From: Candidatus Opitulatrix roisinitermitis
Lineage (GTDB): Bacteria; Actinomycetota; Actinomycetes; Actinomycetales; Bifidobacteriaceae
NCBI GenBank assembly: GCA_031288095.1
Contig: JAITSB010000051.1
Coordinates: 1 to 46,957, forward strand
Length of the DNA stretch: 46,957 nucleotides
Direction: 5' to 3'
Position numbers and translations under genes: made by a program. Below, in pieces: positions 36,878-45,093 of this stretch. The notes under the pieces are model-generated. The model saw nothing but the letters and a program-made list of their open reading frames with translations, was not told the DNA's origin and ran no database searches. Each line of letters starts with the position of its first letter. The stretch's first letter is position 1.

Positions 36878-37416
36878 CATTATCTATTTATGTCTTTTTA
36901 ACAAATGCTAATTATAAGCGTAAATTTCTTTTTCAAGGCCCCCAAAACCAATTTAAAGGATTATATAATAATAAAAATATTTTTGCTAGACATATATTTG
37001 ATACAGGGCTTATTCTGCAACTTATTTTAGCAGCTTTAAAATCGGGCATTTCTATTCCTAGATCGTTAGAAATTATTGGCAAAGCTATGGAAAATAAAAC
37101 AGGAGATGAACTAAAAACAATTTCCAAAAAACTAAAATTAGGTTTACCTTGGACATTAGCCTGGAAAAACACGTCTGCTCGCTTTAATCCTATAATAAAT
37201 TCCCTAGAAGACGCCTGGAACAATGGTTCATCTCCTGAATCTATTATAAATTTAAAAATTGAGCAATTAAGAAAAGATAAACTTTACCGCGCTAAAACAG
37301 CTGGTGAACAGCTAGGTGTCAAAATAGTTATTCCTTTAGGTTTATGTTTTTTGCCAAGCTTTATTTTTATAGGCATATTACCTGTTATTATATCGCTAGT
37401 TGGAAATTTATTCTAG
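36856..37416 (+). CDS. tadC: TadC-like (T2SS F-domain) inner-membrane protein
   Basis: 186 aa. Overlaps tadB by 22 nt. Same architecture (N-terminal TM, soluble helical part, C-terminal TM pair). Confidence 0.55.
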   Translation: METILFLTLSIYVFLTNANYKRKFLFQGPQNQFKGLYNNKNIFARHIFDTGLILQLILAALKSGISIPRSLEIIGKAMENKTGDELKTISKKLKLGLPWTLAWKNTSARFNPIINSLEDAWNNGSSPESIINLKIEQLRKDKLYRAKTAGEQLGVKIVIPLGLCFLPSFIFIGILPVIISLVGNLF

Positions 37417-37429
37417 ATAGAATTTTAGC

Positions 37430-38794
37430 TTAGCTTTTTTTAGTAGCGGATTTTTTAGCGGCTGGTTTTCTAGCAGCAGATTTTTTAGCGGCTGGTTTTT
37501 TAGTAGCGGATTTTTTGGAGACTGGTTTTTTAGTAGCTGACTTTACGGCACCTGTTTTGCCTGAAGGTTTCTTTGCTGAACTTCTTTGTCCAGGACGTTT
37601 TGTATTGGCTGTTTTAATTTCTTCAACAAATAATTCATCAACAAATTGCTCGTCAAATATATTTTTATCATCTATATATTTATCATCTATATAAGATTGT
37701 AAACTCTCGTCGTTGTCAAAATAATCATCTGCAAACATTTCATCAAGATATTCACTTATGTCACTAACATATAGATCGCTGTCAAATTCGTCGCCATAAA
37801 TATCTCTAAAAATCATATAAACCAAAGCACAAATAGCGCCGCCGGCAAATAAAACTAAAATCACCAAAATGCCCTGCAATAAAGGCCAATCCGCTAATCC
37901 TAAAGACCAATTCTGAGCAAAAATAGCAGTAAATAAAACTCTAAAAGGGTTTAAGCCAGCATTTGTGGCTGGAGCTGTTATAAGCGCTGCCAAACCATAA
38001 GACACCCCTATTCCTAAAGCCTTAGAGGTTATATGCTTAATATTTTTGCGTGTCACAGTTATGAACATAGCCACCAATATAATAGAAGCTATTATTTCCA
38101 AAATCAAAGCAGCTGCTGGAGTGAAAACAAAACCTATATTAGCGCCATACATAGAATGCCCTGCTGAGGATTTATCATAGCCAATGGCACCTAACTTAAA
38201 CCATGTATTAGAATCCATATTTATATCCACGCCTTGTGCAGAGGCCGAAGAAGCATCGCCCACAGGCAAAACTAATCTAACAAAACAAGTTGCCAAAAAA
38301 GCACCAATTGCTTGAGCTGATATATATATTCCAGACTGTTTCCAAGTGGTTTTTTTACATATAGCAGCCGCTATAGAAGTTATAGGATTAAAATGTCCGC
38401 CAGAAATTCTAGCCAAACATAAAAAAGCCACAAAAGCAGCTAATCCCAGAACTAATGCAATAGTGAAAGGTTTAAAATAAGTAACTATCAAAATCGCTGC
38501 ACTCTGAGAAGATTGCTGTTGTGGAGAAGAAAATACAAAAATCGGCAAAATAACACTAGCAAAAATTCCAGCGAAAACCAAAATAAAAGAACCAAAACCT
38601 TCCGCCAAGGCTTTGACCAATAGAATATGGTTCCCCTTAAAGCTGCCAAATTGATCTCCCAATTCATCAAACCCTTGAGCATTAAACCCTTGGGAATTTT
38701 TAGCTGCAAATTCCTCTGAATTAGAATCAGACGGTTGGTCGTTTTTCATTTGTTTATTTGGTATTTTGAAATATTTTGCTAAATTTTTAAACAT
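37430..38794 (-). CDS. MIP/aquaporin-family channel with long N-terminal and acidic-then-basic C-terminal extensions
   Basis: 454 aa. SGGHFNPITS and AGLNPFRV half-helix boxes, 6 TM segments. The C-terminal ~115 aa are D/E/Y/F-rich, followed by KKSATKKPAAKK repeats. Confidence 0.8.
   Translation of the reverse strand: MFKNLAKYFKIPNKQMKNDQPSDSNSEEFAAKNSQGFNAQGFDELGDQFGSFKGNHILLVKALAEGFGSFILVFAGIFASVILPIFVFSSPQQQSSQSAAILIVTYFKPFTIALVLGLAAFVAFLCLARISGGHFNPITSIAAAICKKTTWKQSGIYISAQAIGAFLATCFVRLVLPVGDASSASAQGVDINMDSNTWFKLGAIGYDKSSAGHSMYGANIGFVFTPAAALILEIIASIILVAMFITVTRKNIKHITSKALGIGVSYGLAALITAPATNAGLNPFRVLFTAIFAQNWSLGLADWPLLQGILVILVLFAGGAICALVYMIFRDIYGDEFDSDLYVSDISEYLDEMFADDYFDNDESLQSYIDDKYIDDKNIFDEQFVDELFVEEIKTANTKRPGQRSSAKKPSGKTGAVKSATKKPVSKKSATKKPAAKKSAARKPAAKKSATKKS
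37436..37555 (-). repeat. in-frame 30-nt tandem repeat x4 (KSATKKPVSK / KSATKKPAAK / KSAARKPAAK ...) at the 3' end of the MIP gene
   Basis: Units at 37436-37465, 37466-37495 and 37496-37525, with a degenerate unit at 37526-37555. Confidence 0.85.
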
Positions 38795-38849
38795 TTTTTG
38801 TATATTCTCCTATAAAATTGTAAATAACTAAAATAAGTTTATCATAAAC

Positions 38850-38855
38850 TATAAT
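38850..38855 (+). promoter_or_regulatory. TATAAT -10 box 7 nt upstream of the ATG at 38863 (leaderless-type)
   Basis: AACTATAAT-ATATTAT-ATG, with no Shine-Dalgarno sequence. Confidence 0.35.
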
Positions 38856-38862
38856 ATATTAT

Positions 38863-40206
38863 ATGAATAAAAAAATATTGAATTTTTTAATTCCGATATC
38901 CCTTTTAGCGATTGTGACAGCTGGGCTTTATTTTTTTGTTTTTCATAAATCTTTTGCACCTGAAGCGGCTCAAAAACAAAATGACCTAAAAGTTGGCGTG
39001 ATTATGCCTAGTTCTTGGTTTTCTTTTGTGGATAATTCCACAATTGACTATCCCCAACATATTAAAGATACCTTCTTTCAAAGACTAACATTTGAAGGTC
39101 TAAATAATCAAAATATTTATATTGAATCTGCCACAACTTTAGGCGATCAGGCCGAAAAAGTTGCTAAAATGACCAAAAAAGGTGCACAAGCAATTGTTAT
39201 AAGTCCAGTTATGGATGAAAACGTTTTGCCAGATCTATTAGGTCTAACAATACCTAATCCTTATGCTATGGGCAAAGATACATCTATTGAGCAGCAAAAA
39301 CTAAAAGACAATTTAAATAGCGCTCAAAAAGAAGGTGTAAAATTGATCGGCTGGCAAAATTTTATTGAAGGAATAAAATATGATTTATTTATTCAATCTC
39401 CTACCGCAAAACTTATGGGAGAAAGAGTCGGCAGCTGGATTAATCAATATGATGGAATAGATAGCACAAATAAATCCACTGAATCTGCCAACCCTTCACA
39501 AACTAAAAAAACTGTGGAAATAATTTTACCTGAAATAACTGAAAATAATTATTCTAAGGATTTTTTTGCAGGATTTTATAATATGGTTGAATCAAAAATA
39601 AAAAATAATATATATCTATCAGCTAGCAATAATCTAAACTCTGAAATCACTAGTAGTCAATATGAACAATTTTGTTTAAAAAGAAATAATGGTAAACCTA
39701 TTACCACTGCGGCTGATGAACAATCTGAGGCTTATAAATATATGACAAAAATTTTAGTTAACCAATATAAACTAAGTTCGCTTTATAATTTTAATCCCGA
39801 AAAGAGACCAGATATAATTATTTCTGGTTCAGACCAAATAGCCCAAGGAGTCATAGACGCGCTGAAAGACAAAGGTTTTTCGCCGGCTTATGATTCTGAA
39901 AAATGGCCCATTATTGTGGGGGTCGGAGGTTTAAAAACATCTATATGGAATATTTCCAACTCATTTCAGTCCATGACAATTATATATGATTCAAATCTTT
40001 TAGTTGAAAAAACCGCTGAAACCATTAAAAATATGTTAACCAATTATCAAGAAACTAAAAAACAATTGGAATTATATAACCATTCAAATATTAATGGTTT
40101 TCCCACAGCCGTTATTTCCACAGATTCTATAGCCGTTGACAAAACTAACGAAAAAGCCGAATTACTTGACAAAGGCTATATAACGCCAGGTGAAGCTGGA
40201 TTATAG
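38863..40206 (+). CDS. membrane-anchored type-I periplasmic-binding-protein-fold (sugar-binding-like) protein, orphan
   Basis: 447 aa with an N-terminal TM anchor. KVGVIMPS...GAQAIVISPV and ...IISGSDQIAQGVIDALKDKG resemble the Peripla_BP (LacI/RbsB-type) fold pattern. No ABC permease or ATPase gene nearby. Confidence 0.5.
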   Translation: MNKKILNFLIPISLLAIVTAGLYFFVFHKSFAPEAAQKQNDLKVGVIMPSSWFSFVDNSTIDYPQHIKDTFFQRLTFEGLNNQNIYIESATTLGDQAEKVAKMTKKGAQAIVISPVMDENVLPDLLGLTIPNPYAMGKDTSIEQQKLKDNLNSAQKEGVKLIGWQNFIEGIKYDLFIQSPTAKLMGERVGSWINQYDGIDSTNKSTESANPSQTKKTVEIILPEITENNYSKDFFAGFYNMVESKIKNNIYLSASNNLNSEITSSQYEQFCLKRNNGKPITTAADEQSEAYKYMTKILVNQYKLSSLYNFNPEKRPDIIISGSDQIAQGVIDALKDKGFSPAYDSEKWPIIVGVGGLKTSIWNISNSFQSMTIIYDSNLLVEKTAETIKNMLTNYQETKKQLELYNHSNINGFPTAVISTDSIAVDKTNEKAELLDKGYITPGEAGL

Positions 40207-40302
40207 TCATTACCAAATATAAATTTAGGCTAGTATAAACTTTTAATATGGCTGACAAAAATAAATCAAACTCAAAGACTAATTTCAGCTAAGCAAAATA
40301 TT

Positions 40303-41583
40303 ATGAAACAAGGTATTATAAATCAAACTATTGAAGCAGCTGATCCTTTAATTGCTGCCGTTATAGAAGGCGAATTAGAACGACAGCAAAATGGTTTAGA
40401 AATGATTGCTTCAGAAAATTTTGTTCCTTTGTCAATTTTGCAAGCCCAAGGCAGTGTTTTAACTAATAAATATGCTGAAGGCTATCCCGAAAAACGCTAT
40501 TATAACGGCTGTGAACAGGTTGATATTGCTGAGAATTTAGCAATTTCAAGAGCTAAACAACTTTTTTCAGCCCAAGAAGCCAACGTTCAGCCTCATTCTG
40601 GAGCTAGCGCTAATGCAGCTGTTTTGCAAGCCATGATAAAGCCTGGTGAAAAAATATTAGGTATGGATTTAGCGTCTGGCGGACATCTGACACATGGTAT
40701 GAAATTGAATTTTTCCGGAATTTTTTATAAAACATCGTCCTATGGAGTAGACCCTAAAACTTATTTAATAGATTATGACAATATTAGAAGCATTGCCAAA
40801 AAAGAAAAACCTCAAATAATTATTGCCGGTTGGTCGGCCTATCCAAGACAAATAGATTTTTCAGCTTATAAGCAAATAGCTGATGAAGTTGGAGCAAAAC
40901 TATGGTGTGATATGGCCCATTTTGCTGGATTAGCTGCTGCCGGATTTCATCCAACGCCTGCTCCATATTGTGATGTTGTGTCTTCCACAGCCCACAAAAC
41001 ACTTGGAGGACCAAGATCAGGCTTTATTTTATGCAAAAAAGAATATATTAAAAGAATAAATTCGGCGGTTTTTCCTGGAACTCAAGGTGGACCTTTAATG
41101 CACGTTGTTGCTGGAAAAGCTGTTGCTTTTAAAATTGCTTCTAGCCCAGAGTTCAAAAACAGAATTGAAAGAACGCTGCAAGGTGCAAAAATAATTGCTC
41201 AACGCCTTTTGGAGCCTGATTGCAAAGCCAAAAACATAAATGTTTTGACTGGCGGGACTGACGTTCATTTATTATTAGTTAGTCTTTTAGGATCTAATTT
41301 ATCAGGAGCCAAAGCAGCTGATCTTTTGCAAAAAGTTGGAATTACTATAAATAAAAATTCTATCCCTTTTGACCCGGCTCCCCCATCTATCACCAGCGGA
41401 ATTAGAATTGGCACATCAGCACTTGCCACTAGAGGCTTTGATATAAAAGAGTTTACTCAAGTAGCTGATATAATTGCTGAAACACTAATAAAAGGTGATC
41501 AAGCAAATTTCACCAAAATAAAAAAGCAAATAAAGCTTTTAACTGAACAATTTCCTTTATACCAAGAATTAAACAAAATTTAA
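40303..41583 (+). CDS. glyA: serine hydroxymethyltransferase
   Basis: 426 aa. [20 protein letters not shown], and [12 protein letters not shown] (PLP lysine). Confidence 0.95.
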   Translation: MKQGIINQTIEAADPLIAAVIEGELERQQNGLEMIASENFVPLSILQAQGSVLTNKYAEGYPEKRYYNGCEQVDIAENLAISRAKQLFSAQEANVQPHSGASANAAVLQAMIKPGEKILGMDLASGGHLTHGMKLNFSGIFYKTSSYGVDPKTYLIDYDNIRSIAKKEKPQIIIAGWSAYPRQIDFSAYKQIADEVGAKLWCDMAHFAGLAAAGFHPTPAPYCDVVSSTAHKTLGGPRSGFILCKKEYIKRINSAVFPGTQGGPLMHVVAGKAVAFKIASSPEFKNRIERTLQGAKIIAQRLLEPDCKAKNINVLTGGTDVHLLLVSLLGSNLSGAKAADLLQKVGITINKNSIPFDPAPPSITSGIRIGTSALATRGFDIKEFTQVADIIAETLIKGDQANFTKIKKQIKLLTEQFPLYQELNKI

Positions 41584-41604
41584 ATTGCTGATAAAATAGA
41601 ATTT

Positions 41605-42468
41605 ATGAAAATATTAAACGGTGTAAAACTCGCTGAAAAAACTCTTTCTAACTTAAAATTAGTAATCGACAAAAATAAAGAAACTTTGGGCGAACTAAAA
41701 TTAGCTATTATAATTGCAGGAAATGATTTGGCTAGCCAAAAATATGTTAAACTAAAACTTTCTGATTGTCAAAAAGTTGGTATAAAAACAAGTGTTTTAA
41801 CTTTGCCGGCCGATATTTCAACAACAACTCTTATTCAAAATATTAAAAACATAAATAACGAACCAGATGTTAGTGCTTTAATAGTTCAATTTCCTCTGCC
41901 AAAAGATATTCCCGTTTTTGATATTTTGCAATTTTTAGACCCCTTAAAAGACGCTGATGGATTGTCTTTACAAAATCTAGGAGCCAATCTAGCCAACATA
42001 AATGGTGAGCCCCTATCTATTTTGCCATGCACACCTCAGGCAATTTTAGATATAGCCCAAGAATATAAAATCTCTTTTGCCGAAAAACAAACACTTATTA
42101 TCGGACGGGGTTTAACAGTTGGAAGACATTTGCCGTCTATTTTATCTAATAAGAAATATAATTCAACATGTATAACAGCTCATTCTAAAACAAAGAATCT
42201 AAATAAACTTATAAAATCTAGTGATATAGTTATTTCCGCTGCCGGTTCAGCCGGAATAGTAAATAAAGATAATATAAAAAAAGATTCTATTTTATTTGAT
42301 GTCGGAATCAGTTATAAAAATGGCAAACTTCTTGGCGACATCAACCCTAATGTTAAAGAAAAAGCTAGTGCTCTATGCCCTAACCCTGGGGGCACAGGAC
42401 CTATGACTAGGGCTAATTTGCTGAAAAATGTTGTAAATTTAGCAATTCTAAAATCCCACTTTCTCTAA
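41605..42468 (+). CDS. folD: bifunctional methylenetetrahydrofolate dehydrogenase/cyclohydrolase
   Basis: 287 aa. ...SQKYVKLK..., LIVQFPLP, PCTPQAI, IIGRGLTVGR, PGGTGPMT. Confidence 0.95.
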   Translation: MKILNGVKLAEKTLSNLKLVIDKNKETLGELKLAIIIAGNDLASQKYVKLKLSDCQKVGIKTSVLTLPADISTTTLIQNIKNINNEPDVSALIVQFPLPKDIPVFDILQFLDPLKDADGLSLQNLGANLANINGEPLSILPCTPQAILDIAQEYKISFAEKQTLIIGRGLTVGRHLPSILSNKKYNSTCITAHSKTKNLNKLIKSSDIVISAAGSAGIVNKDNIKKDSILFDVGISYKNGKLLGDINPNVKEKASALCPNPGGTGPMTRANLLKNVVNLAILKSHFL

Positions 42469-42488
42469 AAACCCACTTTCTCTAAAAA
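42455..42488. repeat. perfect 17-nt tandem duplication (CCCACTTTCTCTAAAAA x2) at the convergent folD/tdk junction
   Basis: Copy 1 (42455-42471) encodes the folD C-terminus SHFL-stop on the plus strand. Copy 2 (42472-42488) encodes the tdk C-terminus EKVGF on the minus strand. Confidence 0.9.
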
Positions 42489-43046
42489 ATGATCTGAACA
42501 TAAAGGAACATATTCCACTTCCGTTCCGTCATCTATAACAACTTGTTCACCGCTTTTTTCAAATTTTCCGTCTCTTCGGCGCGAATTATGATTAGCTTTT
42601 TTGCTGCAAAGAGTGCATTTAGTTCTAATTTCTTCAATAACATTTGCCAAATCTAAAGCCCTAGCAGCCCCTGGAAAAGATTGTCCTCTAAAATCAGTTC
42701 TTAGTCCATAAGCCATAACAGGAACAGACATTTCCACAGTTATTTTATACAAGTCTTCAACTTGTTTAGGTTCCAAAAATTGAACTTCATCAACAACTAT
42801 TGCATCAAAAGGCTCATTTGAATAAAAATCTTTAATTTTTTTATAAATATCATCATTTGCGCTAACATATATGTCAACCGGTTTGGAAATTCCTATTCTG
42901 GAATGAATGCCTTGATCTTTTGTGTCAATTGCAGGTTTTATAATAATCGCCCTTTGTCCTGTTTCTGAATAATTATGCGCCACTTGAATTAACATAGTGG
43001 ATTTTCCAGAATTCATAGAGCCATATCTAAAAAAGAATTTTGCCAT
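42465..43046 (-). CDS. tdk: thymidine kinase
   Basis: 193 aa. P-loop GSMNSGKST, VDEVQF, and C-terminal Zn-binding cysteines (C..C ... C..H). Confidence 0.9.
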   Translation of the reverse strand: MAKFFFRYGSMNSGKSTMLIQVAHNYSETGQRAIIIKPAIDTKDQGIHSRIGISKPVDIYVSANDDIYKKIKDFYSNEPFDAIVVDEVQFLEPKQVEDLYKITVEMSVPVMAYGLRTDFRGQSFPGAARALDLANVIEEIRTKCTLCSKKANHNSRRRDGKFEKSGEQVVIDDGTEVEYVPLCSDHFLEKVGF

Positions 43047-43064
43047 TATAAATTTAACCTTTCC

Positions 43065-43892
43065 CTAAGCTCTTACTTCATCACTAGAAACAGAAGTTTC
43101 TTCTTTATAAGATAAACCAATATAGGCAGCGGCTAATAAAGCAAAAATATAAGCTTGAAGAGCTGCCACAAAAATTTCAAAAAGTGTAAAAAATATCGCG
43201 CCAACAAAAGTTATAGGCGAAAACAATATAAAAGGAAAACCTGCTTGAAATATAAAAAATTGAGTTGCCAAAAAACATAAGGCCAAAAGCATATGTCCTG
43301 AAATCATATTAGCTAGCAATCGTATAGTTAAAGAAAAAGGTTTAACCACTAAAAGCTGAGCTAATTCCACAGGAGCTATTAAAGGATAAACAAAAGGAGG
43401 GACGCCTTTAGGAAAAAGTTCATCCCGCAAAAAACCCCAAAAACCGTGTTTTATAATACCTGCTTTCCAATACTGCACAAAAACCCATAATGCGAACAAT
43501 AAAGGAATCCCTATTCCAGCACTAGCTGCTAAATTAAAGCCCGGCACTATTCCAGCTAAATTAAAAAAGAAAATTGCACAAAAAATAGTTGTAATCATAG
43601 GAATATATTTTTTGCCGTAAGGCGAAGGTATCTGCTGATAAACTATTTGTTCGCGCAAAAACTCAAAAACTATTTCCACAGCGCTTTGCAAACGGCCTGG
43701 AATGATTTTAGATTTTTTCGCCACTAATGAAAAAAATACTATTATAAAAAGTGTCACTATTATACGAATTAGCTGCAAACGATTAAGTTCAAAAATAGTT
43801 CCTACAAATAAAAAAGGCTCAGGCATAAAATCGCTTATAGAAGGAACTTCCATAAGTCTATGATACCATACATATATGCCTGAATGCTTCAA
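43065..43892 (-). CDS. atpB: F0F1 ATP synthase subunit a, not followed by atpE-atpC
   Basis: 275 aa. PGRLQSAVEIVFEFLREQI, the essential-Arg helix LTIRLLANMISGH, and LQAYIFALLAAAYI. Confidence 0.85.
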   Translation of the reverse strand: MKHSGIYVWYHRLMEVPSISDFMPEPFLFVGTIFELNRLQLIRIIVTLFIIVFFSLVAKKSKIIPGRLQSAVEIVFEFLREQIVYQQIPSPYGKKYIPMITTIFCAIFFFNLAGIVPGFNLAASAGIGIPLLFALWVFVQYWKAGIIKHGFWGFLRDELFPKGVPPFVYPLIAPVELAQLLVVKPFSLTIRLLANMISGHMLLALCFLATQFFIFQAGFPFILFSPITFVGAIFFTLFEIFVAALQAYIFALLAAAYIGLSYKEETSVSSDEVRA

Positions 43893-43931
43893 ATTTGCTA
43901 AATTTTCGCTTCACAATGATTTATAATTCAA

Positions 43932-44414
43932 ATGAATATATGCCAGGCTAAAAAAGAGCTAAGACAAAAAATTTTGCAACAAAATAATCTACATCAAAAT
44001 AAAAAAGATATTACAAATAGCCTAGAATCTTTTCAAAAAAACCTGTCTTCTTTTTTAAAAGAAAATTCTAAAAAAAAGATTATCGGTTTTCAGGCTTTGC
44101 CAGGAGAGCCTAAACTTATTGGAATTAATAACTTTATACCTCAAAACGCTAAAATAACCGCAAAAGAAAATTTTCTTGGATTTGATATATATTTAATTCC
44201 TTGTTTAGCTGCGGACAGGCAATTTAACCGCTTAGGGCGAGGCAGCGGATTTTATGACAAACTAATCTCCTATATTAAAAGTAGTAGCAAAAATTCTGCT
44301 GAATTTATAGTATGCTGCTGGACAAAACAAATTTTCGCTAAAATCCCTTTTGAAAAACATGACGAAAAAGTCGACGGCTTTATTACTGAAAAATCTATTA
44401 TTTATAAAAACTAA
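43932..44414 (+). CDS. 5-formyltetrahydrofolate cyclo-ligase
   Basis: 160 aa. ...IPCLAADRQFNRLGRGSGFYDKLI... (G-x-G-x-G-Y/F-YD motif). Confidence 0.7.
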   Translation: MNICQAKKELRQKILQQNNLHQNKKDITNSLESFQKNLSSFLKENSKKKIIGFQALPGEPKLIGINNFIPQNAKITAKENFLGFDIYLIPCLAADRQFNRLGRGSGFYDKLISYIKSSSKNSAEFIVCCWTKQIFAKIPFEKHDEKVDGFITEKSIIYKN

Positions 44415-44459
44415 TTAATACTTTTAAATTAAATCCTTTTTAATAACTAAATTATCTTA

Positions 44460-44468
44460 TGATAAAAT
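44460..44468 (+). promoter_or_regulatory. extended -10 box TGATAAAAT, 9 nt upstream of the tRNA 5' end
   Basis: TGA-TAAAAT-AAAAATATT-GGCCCC. Same geometry as upstream of tRNA-Thr. Confidence 0.4.
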
Positions 44469-44477
44469 AAAAATATT

Positions 44478-44551
44478 GGCCCCTTAGCCCAATCGGTAGA
44501 GGCAGCAGACTTAAAATCTGTCCAGTGTCAGTTCGAGTCTGACAGGGGCTA
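44478..44551 (+). tRNA. tRNA with anticodon UAA (Leu) and Leu-type D-arm but class-I length (5-nt variable loop)
   Basis: GGCCCCT-TA-GCC-C-AATCGGTAG-A-GGC-A-GCAGA-CTTAAAA-TCTGT-CCAGT-GTCAG-TTCGAGT-CTGAC-AGGGGCT-A. Every stem is supported by pairing (one G-U each in the acceptor and anticodon stems). 74 nt, no encoded CCA. Confidence 0.75.
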
Positions 44552-44552
44552 C

Positions 44553-45041
44553 GTGTCAGCAAATAAAAATAATTCATTAGACAATAAATCAGTTAGCAGT
44601 CAGCCTGATAAAAAATCTGCCTGGATATACCACGTTTTGCAATTTATAAAATTTGGTATAGTCGGAGCAATTTGCTATGTAGTAGATGTCGGACTTTACA
44701 ATGTGCTAGTTTTTGCACCAACCATAAACTTTTTATCTCACGCACCCGTGACAGCTAAAGCTGTCAGCACCGCAATTAGCACATTGCTTTCATGGGCTCT
44801 CAACAGAAATTGGGCTTTCCGCGAACATAAAACAGACTCTAAACGAAAAGAATTAGTAGCTTATATTTTAATAAATGCTTTAGGAATGTTAATCGCTATG
44901 TCCTGTTTAGGCTTTTCACGATATATTTTACATCTCAAAGGGGCTATATCTGATAATATTTTCGGAAATGTTATAGGCACAGGTTTAGGCACATTCTGGC
45001 GATATTTTGCTTATAAATTTATTCTTTATAAGAAAAAATAA
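44553..45041 (+). CDS. GtrA-family membrane protein (GTG start directly after the tRNA; a later TTG is possible)
   Basis: 162 aa. FIKFGIVGAICYVVDVGLYNVL..., four TM segments, ...NRNWAFRE... typical of GtrA-like proteins. Confidence 0.7.
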   Translation: MSANKNNSLDNKSVSSQPDKKSAWIYHVLQFIKFGIVGAICYVVDVGLYNVLVFAPTINFLSHAPVTAKAVSTAISTLLSWALNRNWAFREHKTDSKRKELVAYILINALGMLIAMSCLGFSRYILHLKGAISDNIFGNVIGTGLGTFWRYFAYKFILYKKK

Positions 45042-45093
45042 TCTTTTATAAGAAAAAATAATCTCTAACAAAATAAAATTAGAAAGTAAAAAA

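Noticed and set aside
40207-40302. Possible folate/purine riboswitch (ZTP/pfl or THF) upstream of glyA-folD
   Set aside because: The 96-nt leader is almost pure A/T. It lacks the GC-rich conserved helices and pseudoknot sequences I remember for these classes.
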